UHGV virus genome: UHGV-0037395
From: a virus
Length of the DNA stretch: 64,000 nucleotides
Reading direction: 5' to 3' (one strand)
A program made the position numbers and the translations under genes. How positions within the stretch are numbered: position 1 is the first letter of the stretch; every line of letters begins with the position of its first letter. A model generated the notes under the pieces. It ran no database searches. It was given only the letters and a program-made list of their open reading frames with translations, and was not told the DNA's origin. Of the stretch, positions 28,306-36,226 are shown one piece after another.

Positions 28306-29102
28306 ATATTCATAAATTAGGGAACAGCGAGCCGATTACGCTGAGTGCAGAATCCCAACCGGAGCGCATTGAATAGAGTCGGTGGGTTAGTTGTAAAACT
28401 AGTACACAGGGGGCGGCAATCCCGGTTAGTGGCTAGAACGTGTAAAATGAGGCGTCTGAAACCTCTCCCCTAAATTCTTCTCTAATTTATAAATAGTGGG
28501 GTGTGGAAATCACTTATGTAGTAACACTGCCGTCCTAGTATAATTGGTATTATCAAGCCGTAACTGGTGGAAGATGTAGGTTCGAATCCTACGGTCGGTA
28601 AGAACTGGATAACTGATGCTTTTAACGTAAAAGCTTCCGAGGTTAGTTGCGCACTGCCTAAACCACGCGGTAGTTGGTTCCAGACTAACCAACCAGTCTG
28701 CTGAATAGTTTTATTACGATTTAACTATGTCCAGGCTAAAGAAGAACTTTAGAAGGTATTCTAGGATAGTGAAGTTCTTTCTCCATATCGGAGTAGTTTT
28801 TCAAGCTATCCACAAAGTGGGAAATGCTGACATGAGAGATGTCACTAATGGTGCACAATAGCACAGGTAATTCGCGATAATTCCTGTTGAGTAGCAGCAA
28901 AAGGCGGGAAGTCATGACCCCAAGCCTAACCGAGTCCTCAATATACCGCAGGACATAACCACTAAGTCACCCTGACTTAAACTGGAAAATAATAGACGTT
29001 ACTGTATTTTGTCTTGAAATACTTAATGAGTGAGACTTATGACTCTCCCGGTATCGTCTGTATTTTTAAGAGTTTTTACGAGAGTTCTTAAAAATACTTA
29101 AA
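28306..29102 (+). ncRNA. ~800-nt non-coding transcribed region with tRNA-like fragments (includes T-arm GTAGG-TTCGAAT-CCTAC at 28576-28592)
   Basis: Strong promoter at 28277-28305. No ORF over 15 codons. Hairpins at 28683-28700 (CAGACT...AGTCTG) and elsewhere. Ends at tRNA-Arg. Confidence 0.3.
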
Positions 29103-29177
29103 CGGGGTGTAGTCTAAGGGAGAGGCAGGAGTCTTCTAAATTCCTTTATGCAGGTTCGAATCCTGTCACCTCGGCCA
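29103..29177 (+). tRNA. tRNA-Arg(TCT): tRNA-Arg (anticodon TCT)
   Basis: Acceptor CGGGGTG/CACCTCG, T arm GCAGG-TTCGAAT-CCTGT, anticodon loop CTTCTAA, encoded CCA. Confidence 0.6.
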
Positions 29178-29211
29178 ATTTTATTAACTGTAACTAAAAC
29201 AAAGGAAATAT

Positions 29212-30159
29212 ATGTTTAATACTAAAAATATGAAAGAACTGACTTCTGAGCAGAAAGTAATTCGTACTATTAAACGTTGGGGGATTGGTGCTGTAGTTGG
29301 TTTAGCAGGTTTAATCCTAGCTTTTAATTCATATACTATTGTTTCTGATGGTACGGTTAAAACTCAAACATTCCTGGGTAAAGTAGACCCTAATCCAGTA
29401 TTGCCCGGTTTCCATCTTGTAAACCCATTTGCATCTTTCGATACTTTTAGTACAAAAGATATTGCTGTAAAATTAGATAAACTTCAGGTTCCTAGTCAGG
29501 ATAAGTTTAAATCCACTGTTGACCTGACCGTTATGTTGCAGTTTGATGGTTCTAAGGCACCAATTAACCGTATTAATGCAGGTACTCAGGATCAAGCGTT
29601 AGACAAATATGTAACTGAAAAATTACTGTCTACTATTCGTGAGTTTGGTAAGTCTGTACCTAAAGCACAAGATTTGTTTGATGCTAAAATTCAGGCTCAA
29701 TTGCAAACTGCAATTCAACAGGAAGTTGAAGAGTATGCACGCCCATATGGTTACACAGTTAAGCAGGTGTTCCTTCAGGATATTACTTTGCCACCAGTAA
29801 TCATGGAACAGGTACAGAATACCAAAGTTCGTGAAGAGCAAGTTAACGCTGCAAAAGCTGAATTAGCTCGTGTTGAACAGGAAGCACAGCAAAAAGTTAA
29901 ACAAGCAGAAGCAGATCGTGAAGCTCGCAACAACCAAGCTATTGCTAACGAACGTGACGCAGATGCTAAGCTGTATGCAGCTAAGAAAGAAGCTGAAGCT
30001 AACGCCGCACTGCAACGTACCATTACTCCTGAGATGATTCGCTGGAAGCAACTGGAAGTTGAAATGATTCGTGCTCAGAAGTATCAAGGTGGTGTACCGC
30101 AGACTGTGGTTGGCACTGGCTATGATGGCCAAATGATTATGGATATGCGTAACAAGTAA
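29212..30159 (+). CDS. SPFH/band-7 (prohibitin/HflC-like) membrane protein
   Basis: N-terminal TM helix, SPFH core, Ala/Glu-rich coiled coil; terminator downstream. Confidence 0.65.
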   Translation: MFNTKNMKELTSEQKVIRTIKRWGIGAVVGLAGLILAFNSYTIVSDGTVKTQTFLGKVDPNPVLPGFHLVNPFASFDTFSTKDIAVKLDKLQVPSQDKFKSTVDLTVMLQFDGSKAPINRINAGTQDQALDKYVTEKLLSTIREFGKSVPKAQDLFDAKIQAQLQTAIQQEVEEYARPYGYTVKQVFLQDITLPPVIMEQVQNTKVREEQVNAAKAELARVEQEAQQKVKQAEADREARNNQAIANERDADAKLYAAKKEAEANAALQRTITPEMIRWKQLEVEMIRAQKYQGGVPQTVVGTGYDGQMIMDMRNK

Positions 30160-30182
30160 TAGTTACACGTAATCTTCGAACC

Positions 30183-30222
30183 AAGCCCGCGTTTTCTCCG
30201 AGAGCGCGGGCTTTTCTGTATT
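30183..30222 (+). terminator. Rho-independent terminator after SPFH gene
   Basis: AAGCCCGCG...CGCGGGCTT plus TTCTGTATTT. Confidence 0.6.
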
Positions 30223-30230
30223 TAAGGAAA

Positions 30231-30272
30231 AAGAAAAAGCCCCTGCCGAAAGGTAAGGGGCTTTTGTTTTTG
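30231..30272. terminator. Bidirectional terminator between convergent units
   Basis: A-run, GCCCCT-...-AGGGGC hairpin, T-run. Confidence 0.6.
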
Positions 30273-30478
30273 GTTTAGAACCATATACTCTTGTTACAGC
30301 AACCACCCATACGGGAGGCCAATCTTGACTGAAAATCTACTCTAGGGGGCAGGATAAGAGTAGGCTTAAAGGCAAACGGATTGAACGCCGGTATTTGCGT
30401 AAACATTGCTGGAGAGCAACAACGTGCTACAGGCATTGGGCAGCACGAAACAGATTTTCTGCAACACATAATTCCTCC

Positions 30479-30895
30479 TTAGGAGTTATTACCACTATTT
30501 TGAGCTTTTGCAATTTGGCTTTGGCAGAAGCTATTAAACTTACCCATAAGTGATACGAGCTGTTTCCCATCCTCTGTCTTTGCGAAGTCTTCGAAAAGGG
30601 CTAGTACTGCCTGTCCTTCCGCAGAAACCTGCGGTTGTTGGGTTTGTTGCTGAACTTGCTGCTGCGGCATCTGTTGCTGCATTTGTTGAGGCATTTGCGA
30701 CTGCCCGCTTATTTGCTGCATCATTTGCATAGGACTCACACTTCCAGGGTTTTGCTGGAGTTGTTGCTGCATCTGTTGCGCTTCTGCTAAACGCTGTTGC
30801 AACTGTTGTAAGTAGGGGTTATCCAGACCCGGAATGGGCTGCTGGGAGCCCATACTTTGATTAAGTCCGTTATTTACAAAACCATATTTACTCAT
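30479..30895 (-). CDS. Gln-rich hypothetical protein (138 aa)
   Basis: Minus-strand ORF with RBS AAGGGGAGGAG, second gene of a convergent two-gene unit. Confidence 0.45.
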   Translation of the reverse strand: MSKYGFVNNGLNQSMGSQQPIPGLDNPYLQQLQQRLAEAQQMQQQLQQNPGSVSPMQMMQQISGQSQMPQQMQQQMPQQQVQQQTQQPQVSAEGQAVLALFEDFAKTEDGKQLVSLMGKFNSFCQSQIAKAQNSGNNS

Positions 30896-30916
30896 AATGG
30901 GCTCCTCCCCTTAATA

Positions 30917-31910
30917 TTAAGCCGGCAGTTTAGCCTGCAGACCAGCCAGAGTCTGAGTGATAGCACCAAGACTTAAAGCGATTTGATTAATTACCTGACC
31001 GTTAGCACCGCTACCCGCAGCGATTGCTTCACGTAGGCGACATGCATCTAACTCATCCTGGATACGCGCAGTAGTTACACCAGCGATCGCAGTCTGAAGT
31101 TCACAGCAACATTCAGCGATCTGACGTTCCAGAGAGTTCTGGTTAGCACACATCTGAGCCTGAACAGCGGCAAACTGGTTATTAGTTTGTAAAGTCTGCT
31201 GGAAAGCGATCTGTGCAGAATCAAACTTATCTTGTGCACGAGCTATCTGGTTAGCTGCGAAAGATTGATCAATCTGGCGAGAAAGATCGAACTGACCCTG
31301 AATAACGTTGCGGGTTTCCTGGCAGATCTGATTAGACAGATTAGCACCTGTACCATAGATCGTAGTTAGTACAGACTGAGTATCACGACTCTGGTTTTGG
31401 GATGTCTGGCTAAAACCATTGTTAACTGCGCTTAAAACAGCTCCAGTACCCTGGTTAGCTTCTGTACGGGTAGTGTTGATAGCTGCTAGAATACTAGCGG
31501 TATCTTGGTTCTGAAGTACTGCATCAACTGCGGTACCTTCACCAACTACACCACGTCCACCGAATCCACCGAAACCACCGAATCCGCCTGTTAATAGAGC
31601 ACCGATTAGGATAGCTCCGAATAGCCCCATACCTTCACCACCGAAAGCACCTACGTTTGCTGGGTAACCACCTAGTAGGCCAGGGAAGCCATTAGTAAAT
31701 ACGTTTACTGGTTCTTGCATTTTATGTTTTCCATATTTATGACAATGTTCATCATCGTCATCTTCATCGTCTTCATCATCGTGTTCACGATGTTTTTCTT
31801 CGTAGGCTCTGACCTTCTCCCACTTTTTCTTATCTGATTCCTCGTGACGGTGCAGTTCTGCCGCAACGCTAGAGACGGTCTCAGGACTCTTAGCTACTTC
31901 TTCTGTCATT
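30917..31910 (-). CDS. Membrane protein with acidic/His-rich N-terminus, TM helix, GFGG repeats and Q/N/T-rich C-terminal half (~330 aa)
   Basis: Start ATG at 31910 after RBS AGGAGG (ORF track starts earlier); sigma70-like promoter (TTGACA-17-TAAAGT) upstream on the minus strand. Confidence 0.45.
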
Positions 31911-31989
31911 TTTTGACACCTCCTAGTATATAGAAAATATGTGTCTCTTTGATCACTCATCCATAACATATACTTTACACTACCCCAGC

Positions 31990-32018
31990 GAAAATGTCAA
32001 GTGGTCTTTAAAAATTGC
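31990..32018 (-). promoter_or_regulatory. Sigma70-like promoter (TTGACA-17-TAAAGT) for minus-strand operon 31910-30479
   Basis: Approximate coordinates; host-type hexamers without cassette flanks. Confidence 0.35.
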
Positions 32019-32116
32019 CCCCGGATTTTTAGTGGGGTCACAAATTTTGGTCCTCACCACTTATCTGCTACCCTTAAGCGCCCTATGATTTTCCTCTAAA
32101 AAGTTAAAAAATTTGA

Positions 32117-32145
32117 TTGCTTGAATGCTAAATTCTCTGTATAAT
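32117..32145 (+). promoter_or_regulatory. T5-type early promoter for Toprim gene
   Basis: TTGCTT-17-TATAAT plus CTATAAATTTGAGAGAGG. Confidence 0.55.
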
Positions 32146-32175
32146 ATATCTATAAATTTGAGAGAGGAACCAAAT

Positions 32176-32694
32176 ATGAATGTTGATGAGCTAACACAGC
32201 ACCTCTTATCTAGGGGATTTGATGTAGATAAATATCATTGCTGGTTAAGTCCAGAAGGGTGGCTAACAGTCCCGTTGTATGACTTCTCTGGGATGTTGAG
32301 AGGCTATCAGACTTATAATCCTTCTGCTCCAAAAGGGCATGGTAAGTGCCCCTTTGAAGCTAAATATTTTACCTATTCTACTACACAGTGTGTATGGGGA
32401 CTAGAAACTCTCAATGGAGATGAAAAAGTAGTATTGATTGCTGAATCTGTATTTAAGGCAGTTGCGTTACATAACGCTGGTTATCCAGCCCTGGCAATGC
32501 TGGGTTCTTCTCCAGGAAAAGCCTTATTAAAGCAACTGAAATTATTACCTTTTAAATTGGTAGCTGTCGGGGACAACGATCCTGCGGGTGAAAAATTTGC
32601 TAGAAAATTAAATGGATTTGTTTCTCCTGTAGATGTGGATGAGATGTCTACCGAAAACTTGAAAAATTTTCTTGCTATGAAGCTAAATTTCTAA
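32176..32694 (+). CDS. Toprim-domain (DnaG-primase-like) protein
   Basis: Toprim Glu (VVLIAESVF) and DxD (VGDNDPAGE) motifs; ATG 32176 after RBS GAGAGAGG. Confidence 0.55.
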   Translation: MNVDELTQHLLSRGFDVDKYHCWLSPEGWLTVPLYDFSGMLRGYQTYNPSAPKGHGKCPFEAKYFTYSTTQCVWGLETLNGDEKVVLIAESVFKAVALHNAGYPALAMLGSSPGKALLKQLKLLPFKLVAVGDNDPAGEKFARKLNGFVSPVDVDEMSTENLKNFLAMKLNF

Positions 32695-32700
32695 TATAAT
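32672..32700 (+). promoter_or_regulatory. T5-type early promoter overlapping 3' end of Toprim CDS, driving tRNA-Ser/Met
   Basis: TTGCTA-17-TATAAT. Confidence 0.5.
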
Positions 32701-32715
32701 ATATCTTATAAATTC

Positions 32716-32804
32716 GGAAGAATAGCATAACGGTATTGCAGCAGATTGCTAATCTGTCGGTTTGAAATATAGCCTTGTGGGTTCGATTCCCACTTCTTCC
32801 GCCA
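32716..32804 (+). tRNA. tRNA-Ser(GCT): tRNA-Ser (anticodon GCT), long variable arm
   Basis: Acceptor GGAAGAA/TTCTTCC, T arm GTGGG-TTCGATT-CCCAC, loop TTGCTAA, 89 nt. Confidence 0.65.
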
Positions 32805-32810
32805 GATTTT

Positions 32811-32888
32811 GGTTCTCAAGCTCATATGGTATGAGCACCCGGCTCATAACCGGAAGGTACGTAGGTTCGAATCCTCGGGGAGCCACCA
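32811..32888 (+). tRNA. tRNA-Met(CAT): tRNA-Met/Ile2 (anticodon CAT)
   Basis: Acceptor GGTTCTC/GGGAGCC via G-U pairs, D stem GCTC/GAGC, loop CTCATAA; T stem imperfect. Confidence 0.5.
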
Positions 32889-32908
32889 ACTTAATTAGGG
32901 GATTACAA

Positions 32909-33097
32909 GTGGATCTATATATAGTTTATGTTGTGTTTATCCAAGATAGAGAATACCCGGATGAATATAAAAAAGGATATAGATTAGCCAGAGCTACCTC
33001 TGAAGCCCAAGCTATGGATAAAGTGGCAGATTATATGATTACGGTAGAAAACGTACACTATATCGACTACCTTGAAGCCTCAAAAGTAATTGACTAA
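32909..33097 (+). CDS. Hypothetical small protein (62 aa, GTG start)
   Basis: ORF following tRNA at 32888; AGGGGA RBS 6 nt before GTG; start uncertain. Confidence 0.25.
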   Translation: MDLYIVYVVFIQDREYPDEYKKGYRLARATSEAQAMDKVADYMITVENVHYIDYLEASKVID

Positions 33098-33106
33098 GGA
33101 GACTAT

Positions 33107-33292
33107 ATGTCTAAGTTTCAAGAACTCAAGCAAGAGCTAGAAGAATGTGCCTGCCCTGGGTGTAGGGGGATCGGTGAAAGTTCTGATGCAGAAGCAGGAG
33201 ATACTTTTTGCAATATCTGGGTTTGCCCAAATTGCAAGGGTACAGGTATTAATCCTAGCTGTGCTATTTCTCTAGATATTGAAAGAGGATAA
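33107..33292 (+). CDS. DnaJ-type zinc-finger mini-protein (61 aa)
   Basis: Two CxxCxGxG repeats (CPGCRGIG, CPNCKGTG). Confidence 0.45.
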   Translation: MSKFQELKQELEECACPGCRGIGESSDAEAGDTFCNIWVCPNCKGTGINPSCAISLDIERG

Positions 33293-33297
33293 TACCT

Positions 33298-33387
33298 GTG
33301 AAACTAAAAGATTATTATATTGGTTGGTTTGTGGGACTAGTAGTAGGATTTTCACTAGGCTATAATATGTATCAACTAATAAACTGA
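33298..33387 (+). CDS. Possible 29-aa hydrophobic peptide (GTG start)
   Basis: Short ORF between gene stop and tRNA; single TM-like stretch. Confidence 0.2.
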   Translation: MKLKDYYIGWFVGLVVGFSLGYNMYQLIN

Positions 33388-33393
33388 TTACAT

Positions 33394-33470
33394 GGGGGTG
33401 TAATCGAATTGGCATAGGTACTGGACTTAAAATTCAGGTTTTGTGGGTTCGAATCCCACCACCCCTACCA
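33394..33470 (+). tRNA. tRNA-Leu(TAA)?: tRNA with anticodon TAA (Leu-type) but short variable arm
   Basis: Acceptor GGGGGTG/CACCCCT, T arm GTGGG-TTCGAAT-CCCAC, anticodon arm CTGGA-CTTAAAA-TTCAG, discriminator A, CCA. Confidence 0.5.
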
Positions 33471-33485
33471 ACTTAAGGAAATAAG

Positions 33486-33650
33486 ATGTATAGACATCCA
33501 CCTCCGCCAACACGTCGTTCTAGGGAAGTCATCCTTATGGAATTGACTAAAAACTTCAAGGCAACTCTTGAAGATAGAGATCTAGGCACGGATGAAGACA
33601 TTGATTTTATTTGTAGACTATTAAAGATGAAACTGGAGAAACAACATGGC
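33486..33650 (+). CDS. Hypothetical small protein (54 aa)
   Basis: ATG with RBS AAGGAAATAAG just after tRNA 33394-33470; overlaps next start. Confidence 0.3.
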
Positions 33651-33852
33651 TAATCCTGAAATTACCGCACAACGTTTCATGCTTAAAGGCATGATTGCTG
33701 AGGCAGGTATGACTCAAGAGGTTGCAGACTTTCATAAGCAATTTCTTGATATTATAACTCTAGCTAAAGAGACAGGAGAAAGAGAACACGGAGCAGCAAT
33801 TATGGCTATATCTCTTATTAGCCTAGACTTAGCTGAAGAATCTGGAGTTTAG
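33646..33852 (+). CDS. Hypothetical protein (68 aa)
   Basis: ORF coupled to the upstream small ORF. Confidence 0.4.
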   Translation: MANPEITAQRFMLKGMIAEAGMTQEVADFHKQFLDIITLAKETGEREHGAAIMAISLISLDLAEESGV

Positions 33853-33882
33853 CTCCTCCAAACAGAATTTTTAAAAATGTAC

Positions 33883-33912
33883 TTGCCTTTTGCTTTAAAT
33901 TTCTGGTATAAT
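33883..33912 (+). promoter_or_regulatory. T5-type early promoter (18-bp spacer)
   Basis: TTGCCT-18-TATAAT plus TATAAATTGATGAAGGAG. Confidence 0.5.
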
Positions 33913-33942
33913 AGTTATATAAATTGATGAAGGAGTTAACGA

Positions 33943-34218
33943 ATGCAAAATCGTGTTATAGCAACTGGTATTGAAAGTGCAATCTGTAAATCCTGGGAAG
34001 GCTGGGAAGGTGAGATTGAATGGCTTTATTTCTACGATGTAGAACTTCTGCCGGAAGTTAAAGCTAAATGTGTTGAAGCTGGCATGGCTCCAGATGCAAA
34101 AGCTGATATTGATATTTCAATGTCTGAACTTAAAGGTCGTGTAATTACTGTTAGTGATGAGGGCGAAGAAGTTTTCGAACTTCCATTCTCCTTAACTGTC
34201 GCTCCTAAGTTCGACTAA
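33943..34218 (+). CDS. Hypothetical acidic protein (91 aa)
   Basis: ORF after promoter 33883-33912 and RBS GAAGGAG. Confidence 0.4.
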   Translation: MQNRVIATGIESAICKSWEGWEGEIEWLYFYDVELLPEVKAKCVEAGMAPDAKADIDISMSELKGRVITVSDEGEEVFELPFSLTVAPKFD

Positions 34219-34254
34219 CTAATACAGCACTGAGCAAGTTCTTTAAAATTTGAC

Positions 34255-34283
34255 TTGCTCAGTGCCATAAAACTTGATATAAT
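34255..34283 (+). promoter_or_regulatory. T5-type early promoter driving tRNA-Tyr/Glu cluster; -35 lies within an 8-bp hairpin stem
   Basis: TTGACTTGCTC...17...TATAAT; hairpin TGAGCAAG/CTTGCTCA spans 34231-34266. Confidence 0.5.
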
Positions 34284-34346
34284 AGTTATCTAATTTGGAA
34301 ACATATCTAAAAGTGTTTAAACTAGTATTTGAATACTTTTAAATAT

Positions 34347-34437
34347 GTTGGATTAGTATCGTAGAGGTAGCGAAGCAGACTGTAAATCTGCCGACTCGGA
34401 AGGGTCTCGGGTGGTTCGACTCCATCATCCAACACCA
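34347..34437 (+). tRNA. tRNA-Tyr(GTA): tRNA-Tyr (anticodon GTA), long variable arm
   Basis: Acceptor GTTGGAT/ATCCAAC perfect, anticodon arm GCAGA-CTGTAAA-TCTGC, T arm GGTGG-TTCGACT-CCATC, CCA. Confidence 0.7.
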
Positions 34438-34444
34438 AATTTAA

Positions 34445-34521
34445 GTCCTGTTAGACAAACTGGTAAAGTCACTACCCTTTCAAGGTAGGATTTGCGGGTT
34501 CGATCCCCGCACAGGACGCCA
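34445..34521 (+). tRNA. tRNA-Glu(TTC): tRNA-Glu (anticodon TTC)
   Basis: Acceptor GTCCTGT/ACAGGAC perfect, anticodon arm CTACC-CTTTCAA-GGTAG, T arm GCGGG-TTCGATC-CCCGC, CCA. Confidence 0.75.
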
Positions 34522-34530
34522 ATTTCTGCA

Positions 34531-34606
34531 TTCCTAGAGTGTTACTGGACAGCATGTCGGTCTCCAAAACCGTACGGTCTAGGTTCGAGTCCTAGTAGGT
34601 TTGCCA
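34531..34606 (+). tRNA. tRNA-like element with CCA (Trp) anticodon loop, poor acceptor pairing (possible pseudo-tRNA)
   Basis: T arm CTAGG-TTCGAGT-CCTAG, loop CTCCAAA, 3' GCCA; acceptor stem not reconstructible. Confidence 0.3.
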
Positions 34607-34612
34607 AAATTT

Positions 34613-34687
34613 GCACCTTTAGCTGAGATGGATTAGCGCTTGCCTGAAGAGCTTGAGAGGTTCGTTCGATACGAACAGGGTGCACCA
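34613..34687 (+). tRNA. tRNA-like element (anticodon stem unresolved)
   Basis: Acceptor GCACCTT/AGGGTGC with one G-U, T arm GTTCG-TTCGATA-CGAAC, D stem GCTG/TAGC, CCA; no canonical anticodon arm found. Confidence 0.35.
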
Positions 34688-34704
34688 AATTGAGGGAGCT
34701 GCTG

Positions 34705-34977
34705 ATGCATCCTGAAAACTTCTTTATTTACTGCGCGGATAAGTCGCTGAAACGTAGAATTAACAAAGTCTATCATTATCGTGCTAGTCAACAGCCTTAT
34801 GTATACGCTTTTGACGGTGATCACATCCCATTAGAACAACTATCTTGTGATTACATGATATTGAAGAACTTTGACGAGACAAAGATCTCAAGCGTTCATA
34901 ATCGACAGAATCCCTTAACGTGGAAATATAAGAAGAAAAAGAAAGGCATCAAATTCTTAAAAAATGTAGTTGCTTAG
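34705..34977 (+). CDS. Hypothetical protein (90 aa)
   Basis: ATG at 34705 after GAGGGAG; lies directly after a tRNA-like element. Confidence 0.35.
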   Translation: MHPENFFIYCADKSLKRRINKVYHYRASQQPYVYAFDGDHIPLEQLSCDYMILKNFDETKISSVHNRQNPLTWKYKKKKKGIKFLKNVVA

Positions 34978-34998
34978 TTTCCAAAAGTTCTGTATAAT
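34970..34998 (+). promoter_or_regulatory. T5-type early promoter overlapping 3' end of CDS 34705-34977
   Basis: TTGCTT-17-TATAAT plus CATAAATTGAACTGGAG. Confidence 0.5.
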
Positions 34999-35026
34999 AA
35001 TTACATAAATTGAACTGGAGAAGCAA

Positions 35027-35218
35027 ATGAAACGATTAGTTAGATTTAAGTGTTGTGGTTCTGAACATATTTTCACACATCTTCGTGAATTTAAAATGTG
35101 TGATTGTGGTAAATCAGGCTATGACTCAGGAGATGGGTTCTACATCCGTACTCTAGGGAACTTCAATGATCTAGAATTTGAAGATCTCGAAAAACAATAT
35201 AAACCGACCGTTGGCTGA
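35027..35218 (+). CDS. Cys-rich Zn-ribbon-like mini-protein (63 aa)
   Basis: CCGSEH...CDCGKSG; 3' end overlaps tRNA-Cys by ~14 nt. Confidence 0.35.
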   Translation: MKRLVRFKCCGSEHIFTHLREFKMCDCGKSGYDSGDGFYIRTLGNFNDLEFEDLEKQYKPTVG

Positions 35219-35279
35219 ATGGCTTAGGCGAAGGATTGCAAATCCTTTTTATGTGAGTTCAAATCTCATGCGGTCGTCC
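35205..35279 (+). tRNA. tRNA-Cys(GCA): tRNA-Cys (anticodon GCA)
   Basis: Acceptor CGACCGT/GCGGTCG, anticodon arm AAGGA-TTGCAAA-TCCTT, T arm GTGAG-TTCAAAT-CTCAT, CCA; 5' end overlaps CDS 35027-35218. Confidence 0.6.
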
Positions 35280-35282
35280 AAT

Positions 35283-35423
35283 TTGCTGAAAGAATTGTTA
35301 AATCAATTCAGGCACGCGTAGGAACACTGTCTCCGTAATTGAAAGATGAGGCACGGTTTGGAGAGGTATGCCGCTACACGCTACGGTGCTAACTCCGTCT
35401 AGGTGAAAATCCTAGTCAGCAAT
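35283..35423 (+). ncRNA. 141-nt structured element with tRNA-like acceptor (TTGCTGA/TCAGCAA) and T-arm-like hairpin CTAGG-TGAAAAT-CCTAG
   Basis: Perfect 7-bp terminal complementarity; no ORF; lies between tRNA-Cys and tRNA 35433. Confidence 0.25.
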
Positions 35424-35432
35424 ACAAATTCA

Positions 35433-35515
35433 GGGTCGTTAGCCAAGCGGTTTGGCGGTGGACTGTTAATCCATGTCGAAAGACAACGTAGGTTCGAATC
35501 CTACACGGCCCGCCA
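35433..35515 (+). tRNA. tRNA-Asn(GTT)?: tRNA with anticodon GTT (Asn-type) and 13-nt variable arm
   Basis: Acceptor GGGTCGT/ACGGCCC, D stem GCCA/TGGC, anticodon arm GTGGA-CTGTTAA-TCCAT, variable GTCGAAAGACAAC, T arm GTAGG-TTCGAAT-CCTAC, CCA. Confidence 0.5.
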
Positions 35516-35617
35516 AATTCTGTGTAGAGTTAAGTAAACCGGTAGCCAACCAGCTATCATTGCTGACATCGAATTCAGCCACAGATACCATTTTCATTAA
35601 TAACTGAGGAAACAAGC

Positions 35618-35803
35618 ATGTCCAAGAATGTAATTGCGCAGCTAGAAGTTCATCGTGATAGCACTCTCAACAATATTGAAGTTGAGAAGAAATACATCGA
35701 AGAACTTAAACATGATATACTAGTAAGTCTCAATCGTCTTAATGTACGAAAAGAGTTTCTTAAAGAACTTAATGCAGCTATTGAAAAACTCAAAGCTGAA
35801 TAA
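35618..35803 (+). CDS. Hypothetical coiled-coil protein (61 aa)
   Basis: ORF with RBS GAGGAAA between tRNAs. Confidence 0.35.
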   Translation: MSKNVIAQLEVHRDSTLNNIEVEKKYIEELKHDILVSLNRLNVRKEFLKELNAAIEKLKAE

Positions 35804-35812
35804 ATGAATTAT

Positions 35813-35889
35813 GCGACCGGGGCTGGCTTGGTAATGGTACTCCCCTGTCACGGGAGGGAATGTGGGTTCAAATCCCATCGGTCGCGCCA
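35813..35889 (+). tRNA. tRNA-Asp(GTC): tRNA-Asp (anticodon GTC)
   Basis: Acceptor GCGACCG/CGGTCGC perfect, anticodon arm CTCCC-CTGTCAC-GGGAG, T arm GTGGG-TTCAAAT-CCCAT, CCA. Confidence 0.65.
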
Positions 35890-35965
35890 ATTTTTGCAGG
35901 ACGCTGGTATAGATAACCACCGCGTGGGAAGTATCTATATTTAGAGCACTGCAAAGCATAATAAT

Positions 35966-36041
35966 ACATCCATAGCTCAATGGTTAGAGCTACCGCCTCT
36001 TAAGCGGAGGGTTCTAGGTTCAAGTCCTAGTGGGTGTACCA
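35966..36041 (+). tRNA. tRNA-Lys(CTT): tRNA-Lys (anticodon CTT)
   Basis: Acceptor ACATCCA/TGGGTGT, D stem GCTC/GAGC, loop CTCTTAA, T arm CTAGG-TTCAAGT-CCTAG, CCA. Confidence 0.65.
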
Positions 36042-36226
36042 AATTTAAAGAGTAAAGGCTACAGTAGGTGCACCCTTACGGACTGCTACACCGGACTCTT
36101 TAAACAAAATTTCAGTGCAGAACACGGAGCTAGCAATTCGGAAGTGCTGACTCATGATAAGCTGCCTATGTACTTGCAAAGCGGTCGTGTCCAAGACTCG
36201 GACTCTTGCACTGAAAACAATCAAAC

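Noticed and set aside
29623-30132. Minus-strand ORFs (72, 82, 89 aa) inside the SPFH gene
   Set aside because: Antisense artefacts of the Ala/Glu-rich coiled-coil coding region (poly-Ala/Ser/Cys translations).
32762-32908. 5' part of track ORF 32762-33097 (MKYSLVGSIP...)
   Set aside because: This segment is occupied by tRNA-Ser(GCT) and tRNA-Met(CAT). Only the 3' portion after the tRNAs (from GTG 32909) is a plausible CDS.
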